From assembly GCA_039545335.1 (NCBI GenBank), contig BCIN01000011.1:248001-312000 (forward strand): DNA of 64,000 nt, in the 5' to 3' direction. Both the position numbers and the translations under genes were made by a program. Below are positions 53,506-64,000 of the stretch, in pieces. Every line of letters begins with the position of its first letter. The stretch's first letter is position 1. Origin of the DNA: Kondoa subrosea. Lineage: Eukaryota. Below the pieces are notes generated by a model. It made no database searches. It had not been told where the DNA came from and was given only the letters and a program-made list of their open reading frames with translations.

Positions 53506-55036
53506 ATGGACTTCCCAAGCAACGCAACGCTTCAGCCAAAGCCTTTCAAGGTTGATATTCCAGATGAGAAAGTCAAGCATATGAAAGACTTGATCAGGCT
53601 GGCTCCTCTGCCTCCTGATTCGTATGAGACCAAGCTGGAGACTCGAGAATATGGTGTGACTGGTTCTTGGATGCAGAAGGCAGTTCGTGAGTGCCTGCAC
53701 ACAAGACGGTTTGAGGACAAACACATGCTGAGAAAGCAAGTGGTGTGTTGCAGCATACTGGCGTGACTCTTATGATTGGAAGAAGTCTCAAGAGAAGATC
53801 AACCAGTATCCTCATTACAAGGTCGATATCCCAGACAAGCAAGGGTACAACTATTCGGTTCATTTCATTGCTGTCATGTCGAAAGACCCAAAAGCTATTC
53901 CTTTATTGCTCTTACACGGCTGGTCAGTTCTCCTATCTATGACCTATCTTTATTCACTGATGAGATCTTCGAGTATTTAGGCCAGGCAGCTTCGCTGAGT
54001 TCCTCGCGCTCATTCCCTTACTGGCGAAATCTACTTCACCAGCTTTCCATCTCATCGCACCGTCTTTGCCTGGATTTGGCTTCTCTTCACCACCTCCTCT
54101 AGATAGAGATATCGAGCCCTTGCAAGATGTTTCGTATTTGATGAATAAGTTGATGACAGGTCTTGGTTTCTCTCAATGTGCGTACTTGATTCATTCATTT
54201 CTTTCAAGGAAGATTAGTGAATTGTGTGTTGCACAGATGCTGCTCAAGGCGGTGATCTTGGTTCCTTCATCTCTCGCGATTTGGCAAGACACTACCCAGA
54301 GAATTGCAAAGCTTATCATGGTCAGTCTTTGTCTAGTCAAAGTATGCTCTGCTAAGAAATTGAATACAGTCAATATGGCCATGGCTGGTCCTCCTGCAGG
54401 TTATGATTTCGAGAAAGCACCAGAATCGGACAAGAAACATCTCGCTCGAGGTAAACACTGGCGAGAGAATGGTCAGGCTTATGGCGATGCACATGGAACA
54501 AGAACATCAACCATAACGCATGTTGTCTCTTCTTCTCCCGTTGCTATGCTCGCTTGGATCGGAGAGAAGTTTTTGGAATGGACCGATGAAGATTTATCTT
54601 TGGATCTGATTTGTGAATACATCTCGTAAGTACAAGTTCACCTTTCGTGAATTCAATCTGACGATCTATTAGAATCTACTGGTTGACCGAAACATACGGT
54701 ACCACTTTGTACTTCTATCGAGCAGTATGTCACTCTTCTTTCCATCTCTGACTATATTCCTTATTTTCCTCATCTTCCACTCAATAGTTCTCACGCAAGA
54801 GTTCAAGTTCTAGACCAGAGCATTCGGGAGATGTGCCATTCGGGTACAGTTTGTTCCCAAAAGAAATCTTCCCCGTACCGAAATCTTGGGCTGCTGGGTT
54901 TGGCAACTTGCAATACTTTAAGGAACATACCGAAGGAGGACATTTCCCTGCTACTGAGAAACCTGAACTTTTGGCTCAAGATCTGATTGAATGCTTTAGC
55001 CAGATCTTCAAGCGAGGTAACCAGGCTAACCTTTGA
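53506..55036 (+). CDS. Epoxide hydrolase (EHN + alpha/beta hydrolase)
   Basis: PKPFKVDIPDE, LLLHGWPGSF, PSLPGFGFS, QGGDLGS nucleophile, LAWIGEKFLEW, FPKEI, GGHFPA. Confidence 0.92.
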
Positions 55037-55299
55037 AGTGATGGCAAGGTGACGATTTGATTGAAGAGGCTTACAAGGATTGTACAATGCAAAATTACAA
55101 ATACATAAATGCTGAAAACGATTACTGCTTTCACAAGTGAAGGGGATTCTCACATCCACGATCCCCCTTAAACACCCATACAACCAACAATCGATCATCG
55201 GCTTCCTTGACCACGATTTTGAAGCGGGCATGGCAGCCTGACAAAGAGATAAGCATTCTATTTACTGAAAATATCGAATGACAGCCTACCGAGTCTCAT

Positions 55300-56202
55300 C
55301 TAACTGACAGCCAGGACGCTTCCTTTGCTCGCACTATGCACCTTTCTCCACAGATATCCCCTTTGCTTTAATGGTGCTGAAATCTTGCCTCTCTTTTGCA
55401 TGGTTCCTTCAATAGCTTGCATCCTATATTGAGCGCTATTCGTAATCGGTCGCATTGGAAGAGGTTTAGTAGTAGTATTAGGTGAAGAGAAAGTTTGCAA
55501 CATGACGGAAACTGTATAGATTTCATCTTCGCTTGGTGACCATGATTTCGAGTGTGAGACGATTCTCTCTTCTTCTTCTGCTTCTGCTTGAACCATCGGT
55601 ATTGACGGAGAAGAAGAAGATTTAGATAGAGAGAAATACTTGAGTGAACGAGAAAGAAGTGATGCGGATTCGTTTGAGATAGGAATAGCCGGAGCGGAAG
55701 CTAAGTCGGGAGTGATGGAAGAACTAAAGGTGTTTTCAAGGGAGGCTTTGCGAGGTCGTAAGAGTGGATCGATCTTTGTGAAAGTAAGAGGTATGGAAGG
55801 TCTTCGTTTCAGTGGAATAGCATGACTCGTGTTGTCAAGAGGTGAATAGATTGAACCATCATGGCCATATGAGTCTACCACGTCTTGATCTTCAAAGAGA
55901 GAGCGCCTTCGAAGACTAGAAGCTGGCGGAGATTCGATAGTAGAGAGGGAGGAACCAGAAGATACGCTTGAGGCAGAATCGTACGAAGACAGGTCACTTT
56001 CTTGATCCCGTTCATCGCAGCAGAATTCGCAGTCCTGACAGCATTCACACATATCCATCGCTTGCTGCTCATCAAATAACAAGTCTACACAGCATTCTCT
56101 TGCTTTGCCCTTGCCAAAACTTCTAGATAAGCCGATAAGGCTAATTGGTGTGTGCTTCTGAGCAATCGTGCTAGCACAGGCTACAGCAGCAGCGGAGTGC
56201 AT
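55300..56202 (-). CDS. Hypothetical Ser-rich protein with N-terminal Cys cluster (single exon)
   Basis: 300-codon ATG ORF; C-terminal NSAQYRMQAIEGTMQKRGKISAPLKQR resembles a motif I recall from uncharacterised fungal proteins. Confidence 0.7.
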   Translation of the reverse strand: MHSAAAVACASTIAQKHTPISLIGLSRSFGKGKARECCVDLLFDEQQAMDMCECCQDCEFCCDERDQESDLSSYDSASSVSSGSSLSTIESPPASSLRRRSLFEDQDVVDSYGHDGSIYSPLDNTSHAIPLKRRPSIPLTFTKIDPLLRPRKASLENTFSSSITPDLASAPAIPISNESASLLSRSLKYFSLSKSSSSPSIPMVQAEAEEEERIVSHSKSWSPSEDEIYTVSVMLQTFSSPNTTTKPLPMRPITNSAQYRMQAIEGTMQKRGKISAPLKQRGYLWRKVHSASKGSVLAVS

Positions 56203-56460
56203 CGTCGTAGTGGGTTATTTGTAGAGATGAGATGAACGCTGTGTAAGAGCAAGCGGTGCATTATTGAGTCGAAAGGCAAGTGCCACGCGGGATTACATAA
56301 ATCGAGTGGGCATGTTTTAAAAAGACACCATGACACGACACAGCGCTATGTATTCCTGGTATCAGACTATGCATAAGTATGCAATCCAGCGCAGCGACAT
56401 TGGCGAGATTTGTCAGGCGAATACAAAAGCACATCAGGCAGCAATGTAGTCCATACTATA

Positions 56461-59400
56461 TCACCGCACCGCAAGCCAATGTAATACAGACAGTCCCAAC
56501 AGCAGAAGATTTACCAATGTCGGTATTTGATAGGCGAATCTTACACCGCATAGCAAAGTCCAGCTCGCTATAATGGTCATGCTGTGCAGCACAATCTGGC
56601 CAGCTCTTGAGCTACTTGGTATTCAGCGCCAAGCTCCTTGTGAAGAGAAATGCGGACAAACATACTTTTCATGCTTGACCGGAAACACATCTCCTCCTTT
56701 TTGACCAGCATGGACCGCTTCATACCACAACAAGAATCCAAGTACAGGAAAGATGTTGTGATCCGAAGAGAAAGGTTTCCACCATCCTGCTGATAGATTG
56801 CGGATCCAGACTACTAATGTTGGTGCTTGAATAGGTACGATCAGTAAAAGAAGCAGTAAGATGGAGAAGTGGTAAGGTGTTGAGGGATCGGTTACTAGTA
56901 GAGATAGAAGAGCCAAGACAAGGAAAGCGAATTGACTAGGCGCAAAGAAGAAGACAAAGAATAGTAAAGCCAGAACAGATGTCAATCTTCGAGTAGAATT
57001 TGGTGCATCGCTTGTCGATAGAGCACTAATATGCAATCAGCTCCATCCTTTGTGAGATGCGAGATGCTAGCAATCTACCTTGCAACAATAGGCAGAAGTC
57101 TTGCTAGATACAAGCGGCTAGATTGTACCGAGGTCGAAACAGCGAAAATCAAATATGCCAGCAAAGCGACCACCATAGCAGACATCATGAAGATTAACGG
57201 AGCCAGAATAGCGAAGATGATCCGATTAGTGCCCAAAAGAATACTCTGTAGCCAATTACTTCTCGGAAAGATTTGAGCTGCTATGGCTTGAAGAATAGCT
57301 AAGGTGAAGAGTGAGCAAGACCAGACAGGTAATCGAGTTCGCATGAAGATTATCCATCCAGTGAAGAAAGAAGGCATTGTGCCTGCGAGCGTAAACATGA
57401 GACCATACTTTCGACAAAAGAGACAGCTCACCTGTTCTCATGAACTCCTTGCTCTGTTCTCTCAATATCAACAGCACTAAAGCAATAGGCCAAGCAACAA
57501 AGACAATTCGGTAATGCATTAAAACAGTCTTAGCTGTTTCCCAACAAGCTATCGAAAGGGTCAAAGAAGTAATTGTTGCACACTCAGGATCTTGATATAA
57601 TTGCAGTTGCAGAGTTGAAGAAGTCAATGCAGCGATAAAAGGAGCATTGCCGTGTAGGTGTATGTTAGCCGATAAAAAGTTTGGAAAGTAATGAGCTTCG
57701 AAGTGAGATGGAGTGCTTGCTTTCAGCAGAGGGGCAAATACAGCTATATGATTTTATCAATATCGATGTAATATGGCCTCGCAGTACTTACGTTGACATT
57801 TAGATGATCTTTCTCTCTGCGAGTCTAAACGATAAACGACAAGAGATGATGCCAAATCTGTGAAACTCCAAGTCGAAATGAGTTGCTTTGGGATGACAGA
57901 AATCTTGTAGCCGAAAAGAAGGATCCCTGCATTAGATTTTTTAGTCGATTGCTAGGAAGGGATAGAGCTACGTACGAAATAACGATAAGTCAATTTGCGC
58001 GCTTTCTGATGCAGCGGACGTCCTTATGAAATCATCCATTCTGTTCCCAGTTATACCAAGTGAAATTCTTTTGGACTTCTCAAGCAATCCGAGAGGGACT
58101 TCCCCGACAAACATGCCTTTGTCCTGATTGCTGGTTAGCTTATCGAGAAAAGACGCAGGTAAACGAGGCAGATGTGAGAGTTCATGATATTGACAATCTT
58201 CTTGACCCTCACTTTTGCACGTCCTTAAGATGACGGTTTGGTGTGAAGACAGAAACGAGAGTTGCTGATCCTTTGCCCCATTTGTCAAGCTTAATAACTC
58301 CTTGAAGTCAGATATTGATTCCGTTATCCTTGTTTGCATCAAGTCATTCAATACCAAATGCTTCTTAGCTGCTGCTATTCTCTCAGCCAAAGGTTTCGTC
58401 TGGCCGCTTTGCCGAACATCGACCATATCCAAGAGAGCGGCGGCAATTTTCTGGCGTAATTGATCACACCATACCATAGCCACATGATCCACAGGCGAAT
58501 AAAGATCAGGTATAGAAGTGGTAAAGAGCGTAAACCCATTTTCTTCCCGTACTAGAGAATTGATCAGAGTAGCATCTGAAGAAATTTGGATATCTGCTGT
58601 TCCTCCAGAAATTGAGAAGAGAGCTACTTCTGCTAGTGGATGAGAAGCTTGAGGTTGTTGAGAGTAGGATTTCCAGTAGGCGTTGGTAAGGGAATAGAAT
58701 GCTTCCACCCCTGAATCGATCGGTGCAGGTGGATATGAATGAGGTGTACTGAGTGTAATGATGGTATTGATACTAGAGGGTTGATATCGTTTTGTGAGAA
58801 ATAGATGTCTTGCTATAATTCCACCCATGCTGTGAGCGACAATAATGACTGAAGATGGAATAGGATTCTCGGGACCGTGAATATGAGTGGAAGTTGAATG
58901 ATTGTATAGCGAAAGGATGTGATTTATTGCATCGACTGCATATTCTGATTGCTCAAACAGAGTTTCCCCATGAAATGCAGAGAAATCCTCGTTGAAATCC
59001 ACTGTAAGGCGGATCTCAGAGCCTCATTCCGTACGAGAGATGTAAACTGACGAGCAAAGAAGTCCAGATTGCGCACATAAGCGTTCCACAAGTCGTTCTT
59101 GGGTGTAGCTGGAGATTGATAGAATTGTCTTGCAGCAGCAGCAGATATTGATCTGACTTGTTTGTACGATCCAGCATTGCCAGGAATGAATAGAACAGGT
59201 ACGCCTTGCACCTGAGAGAGAGAAACAGCAGCCAACATTTCAACGAATTGCTCTATATGTCATTTGACGAGAAGTCATGCACGCCGTTTGATAGATCCAA
59301 GTCCCAGCCTGCTTCTCTATATAAGTGTAGCGAATATTTCGACGATAGCCTGCTTGGTACGCCTTCCATATGAATGTATAGAGGACTCATGTAGGCCATC

Positions 59401-59507
59401 TTGCAACCGCCTTCAATGGCCTGAGTTACAGCAGCGCTCATCGCAGCTGCAGGGAATCCTAGTAGCAATGATATGACGCATAGCAAGGTATACCCATTCT
59501 CAAGCAT
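56461..59507 (-). CDS. BST1: GPI inositol-deacylase Bst1/PGAP1
   Basis: CKMAYMSP, KYSLHLYRE, GVPVLFIPGNAGSYKQVRS, DFNEDFSAFHG, AHSMGG lipase Ser, DHVAMVWC; multi-TM C-terminus. Confidence 0.93.
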
Positions 59508-59607
59508 TCCTTTGCTCTAAGTGGTCGCTCTGGGTCAAGACTGCATCATTTACTTGCACTCAAATAGCGATACCAAAGAGGCAAAGGGATATACCGCGAT
59601 TCTGTGC

Positions 59608-62600
59608 ATGGAGTTACCAGATGAGCTGGATCAGCTGCTAAACAGTGGACCAGTGACTGCAGAAGAAAGGCAGCAATTGAAAGAGAAACTTGGGTTTGAT
59701 GGGAAAATCGATAAAGCAGCGATACGAAGGGATTTGGAGGATCGCTTCCTTAACCCTAAAGCTAGACTACCTTCTCATTGGCTGCAGGATTTCCAAATGT
59801 GCTTTCTTACTTCCAATCTTGTTTGTACAAACTCGTTGCTGAATGAGAGCTTGGGATGATCGATCAGATGTTGGCGGAATCAATTGGATATAAGAGAACT
59901 GCTACACCTTGAAACATCTATTCCTTTCACTACTCTTGAATTCCAAACTTCCGGGCTAGATGGCCACGTCACAGGATACAAAGAAGTCAGTTAACCAGTA
60001 GCATCGCTATCTTCTCACTCGCTGATTGTAATCTAGGTCTCTCGTATTACTAACCGGTCAGCTGATTCAAAGACATCGACATCAATGCAAAGGGCTCCAG
60101 CAGATCATTCGACTTTCATTCGAGGAAAATCTGGTTACTTTCCTTTTGCTCCTGGCGGTCTTGCTGCACCAGAATCTATAGCTGTAAGAGAAGCGGCAGA
60201 TATAGTGGAGAAAATGGAGAAGGGCTTCGAACTGGCTTCAGGCGGGATTCAATCTATACCGCCTGGTTTCGAACGAGGTTTGGACTTCAGTGAAGACGCA
60301 GGTAAGGTTTCTGGTACTTCTTGTTCAGTAAATGGTCTGAACAGTATAGCTCAACAGATATGTATATGGATGGACCAGCGCCTCAAATCACGCCCATCTA
60401 CAAACCTGTCATATCCCGGACATTCGCTAATGTACGACCATACGTGTAATGTGCTTTGTATCTCTGACATCCTCTTTCAGGGCGCTTCAATGGTTCCAGA
60501 CCGACCAGGTCCAGAGCTTGATCCCGCTGTGGCCGAACTGCTTCCCAAAGAGGTATGACCCGCTCCGCTGAAATGCGTCAAGCTGATGCACGGCGAACAT
60601 AGCGTCCTACTGTATCTGAAGCACATAAAGCGACTAAGCGCCGACCTGTGGTAGCCAAGCGCGATTGGGCTCATGTTGTGGATGTCAACAAGGAACTCGT
60701 CAATTTCCGCGAGCTTGTACCAGATATGGCTAAAGAAGTAAGTTACAATTCTGTAGGAAAGCATTCGACACACTGAAACTCCCATTCTTAGTATCCTTTC
60801 GAATTGGACACTTTTCAGAAAGAAGCCGTTTATCATATGGAACAAGGCGATAGCGTTTTCGTCGCAGCTCATACTTCAGCAGGTAAAACTGTAGTAGCTG
60901 AATACGCTATAGCACTATCTATCAAACACATGACTCGAGCCATTTACACTTCACCTATCAAAGCTTTGTCAAATCAGAAGTTCAGGGACTTCAAGGACGT
61001 TTTTGGTCAAGATAATGTTGGAATCCTTACTGGAGATGTGCAAATCAATCCTGAAGCTGGCTGTCTGATCATGACAGTAGGTTTATGAGTTCATCTTCCA
61101 CAATGTTGGCTGAAATTACTATGTTAGACCGAAATCTTGCGAAGCATGCTGTACAAAGGTGCAGATCTGATCAGGGATATCGAGTGGGTTATCTTTGATG
61201 AAGTGCACTATGTCAACGATCTGGAGGTATGTATCAATGTCAGATCGCAGAATCGCAGCAATTTATAAACTTGCCTTGCAGCGAGGAGTGGTCTGGGAAG
61301 AAGTCATTATTATGCTACCAGAACATGTTGGCATAATTCTACTCTCGGCTACAGTACCCAATACCAAGGAGTTTGCCGATTGGGTCGGGTGAGCTCCTTT
61401 CATTACCAGGTATCTCTTTATTCTGATGATTACGACAGACGAACAAAACAGCGTGACGTCTATGTCATTTCTACGGCAAAGCGACCTGTTCCACTAGAGC
61501 ACTTCTTATACGCTGGGAAAGAGATGCACCAAGTGATTAGCAAAACAGGAGAGTTCCTTGACTCAGGGTAAATGTTCTTCTTCTCCAAATCCCTTGTTGT
61601 ACTAATTGCGGCCACAAAGTATAAAAGCAGCTAATGAATCACTCAAGCGGAAACAAGAGAAAGAAAGAGAAGCGGCTGCAGCGGCTCAACCATCTCGCGG
61701 TGCTGTAACGGCCAGAGGATCTGGTCTGGGTCGCGGAACATCTCGAGGTGGTCCACCGCAACGAGGAGCACCAGTCATGCGAGGTCGCGGAGGCGGACGA
61801 ACAGGAGCTCAACAAGATCGCAATCTTTGGGTTCATCTGATTGGTTTGCTCAAGAAGAAGGAACTTCTTCCGGTTGTGGTCTTCACTTTCTCCAAGAAAC
61901 GATGTGAAGAGAATGCGGCAAGCATGCCAAATACTGATCTGTGCACGTCTTCAGAAAAGAGTGAAGTCCATATCGTTATCGAAAGGAGCTTAACAAGACT
62001 GAAAGGTTGGCGATCTTCCCAATCTGCATATATCTCATGTGCTAACTCCGAGACAGGGTCTGACAAGGATCTACCCCAAATAAACCATATGCGTGGCCTA
62101 CTCAGCAGAGGTATTGGTGTGCATCATGGTGGTTTGCTCCCTATCGTAAAAGAAGTGGTCGAGATCCTGTTTGCTCGAGGATTGGTCAAGGTTCTGTTTG
62201 CCACAGAAACATTCGCAATGGTAAGTACACAGCGAGTTTTCATCGGCATTGCTGACCTGTTCCTAGGGTGTCAACATGCCTGCAAGGTGTGTCGTATTCT
62301 CGGGCATTCGCAAACATGACGGTCGCACCTTCCGAGAGCTGCTTGCTGGCGAGTACACTCAGATGTCAGGAAGAGCAGGAAGAAGAGGACTCGATGCTAC
62401 TGGTGTCGTTCTGGTTGTTTGCGACGGCGAAGTTCCAGAAGTACGTCCGATTTACAGGCTCGCCATCAATGCCTTACTGTACCGTCTAGTCTGCCGTACT
62501 TCACAAGATGATGCTGGGGTCACCAACAAAATTAGCTTCTCAATTCCGTCTCACATACAACATGATTCTGAATCTACTTCGAGTTGAAGCGCTAAAGGTG

Positions 62601-64000
62601 GAAGACATGATCAAGCGAAGTTTTTCCGAAAATGCCACACAGAGACTGGCACCTGATCAGCAGAAAAAAGTTACTGAGGGCGAACGAGAGCTTTTGTCTA
62701 TGCCAAGTTTGGATGATTCTCCTCGCGCTTCCCAAATCAGGCAATATTACGATCAATCCAGTCGCCTCACATCTCTGAACCAAGAAGTGACCGACGGAGC
62801 TATACAGCATCCTTCAGCTACCAAAACTTTCGCTAGCGGTCGAGTAGTCATACTCAGAGACACTGTAAGCTAGGGTCGAAAAAGGCTAGCAAGGCTCTGA
62901 TTTGTGTGTGCAGCATTTCCCAGGGAGCGCTGCTGTCATACTTCGGCCTGCACCAATGTACATGGCCGTAACGGCTTCGTCAGAAGATGGTCTGTTGGAC
63001 AACACCAAGGCATATATCGTGCTGTCTTTTGTATCGAAAGGAGTCCGATCACGAAGCAAAGGCACGTCTCATGAGGCAAATCTGTGCATAGACTGACACA
63101 TTCTACCAAGACATCTCTCCTGATGCTCTAGCTCCGCTCTATCCTGCTCGTCTGACCGAGAAGCCCGAGGACTTAACATTCGAAGTTACAGTTGTCCCAA
63201 TAACCAGCTTTGCCTTGATAACAAAGCACAGCATACGCGTGAGTGAATCTATTCTGACAGACCTGCAAAAAATAACGTCGATATAGGTCGATGTGGTCGG
63301 AATTCTCGACAAGCGGCATCAAATCTATTTGGATCAGGCAACAGAAAGCATGCATTCGCTTTTACCTCAACTCAATCAACCTCAATATCTCGATATGGAA
63401 GCTGATTGGTCAAAGATCCGAAGTATCGAATTCCGGGAAGCCCTTAATAAGCGAAACAAGCTCTTTGGCGAGCAGGAAAGGCTCAATGTAGATTTGGATG
63501 AGGACTTCTTTAGTATAGTAAGCTTCCATCCTTCTCTCCATGAACTTACACGCTCATGTAAATTTTAGTATCAAGCTGTGCATGCAGAAACGCTATTACG
63601 AACCAAAGTAGCAAAGTGCGCAGCTCTCATCAATTTCTGTCCGATGTAGCTGATTCGAGTCCATAGCCTACGACTATCCTTGTCCGATCAGAACCTGGAG
63701 CTCCTACCAGATTACGAACAGAGAATAGCAGTGCTCCAAGAGCTACAATTTATCGATGAAAACAGTACAGTCTTGCTGAAAGGTCGAGTGGCTTGCGAAG
63801 TAAGTTCTAGCGGGATCGCTACTGTCTCTCTCAGAACCGATCTCATCGGATTACTCTTTGACAGATCAATTCAGTCAATGCGCTCATCCTGACTGAGCTC
63901 ATTTTGGAGAATGTTCTGTCACAATACGAACCAGAAGAAGTAGTCGGCATGCTGTCTGCACTCGTATTCCAAGAAAAGAGCGACGTCACGCCTTTCTTGA
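59608..64000 (+). CDS. SKI2: Ski2 DExH-box RNA helicase (truncated by window end)
   Basis: [64 protein letters not shown]. Confidence 0.95.

Noticed and set aside
8652..64000. Apparent clustering of RNA-metabolism genes (DHR1, MAF1, FRA10AC1, RRP5, SKI2)
   Set aside because: Spread over 55 kb among unrelated genes; compatible with chance in a compact genome

Overview
Gene-dense eukaryotic DNA from a basidiomycete-like fungus (inferred from short ~45-65 nt GT/GC-AG introns with CTRAY-like branch sites, micro-exons and the protein families present). I spliced about 27 protein-coding genes by eye. Recognisable ones: the 3' end of a hydroxyacid-oxoacid transhydrogenase, DHR1/ECM16, RHO1, a cytochrome P450 with about 23 introns, a SUR7/PalI tetraspan, a CYSTM peptide, a PRM10/ThrE protein, MAF1, a DUF1772 protein, FRA10AC1, a DUF3605 protein, MOG1, a short-chain reductase, a GGCT/AIG2-like protein, a COG2907-type FAD protein, RRP5, a Kel1/Tea1 kelch protein, an epoxide hydrolase, BST1 and the 5' part of SKI2; several orphans lie between them. 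I found no tRNA, rRNA, transposon or CRISPR. The most unusual structure is the PalI-like gene, whose predicted cytosolic tail is built from same-phase, frame-preserving mini-exons, most carrying one G-x-DPF-GAPP repeat, which could allow a splice-tunable count of endocytic motifs. Also notable: a secreted protein of four Cys modules, a 3-nt exon inside the P450 heme motif, a shared 10-mer upstream of two ribosome-biogenesis genes, and an AUG-less N-terminal extension of the kelch gene. Exon boundaries and family calls come from motif recall, not database searches.
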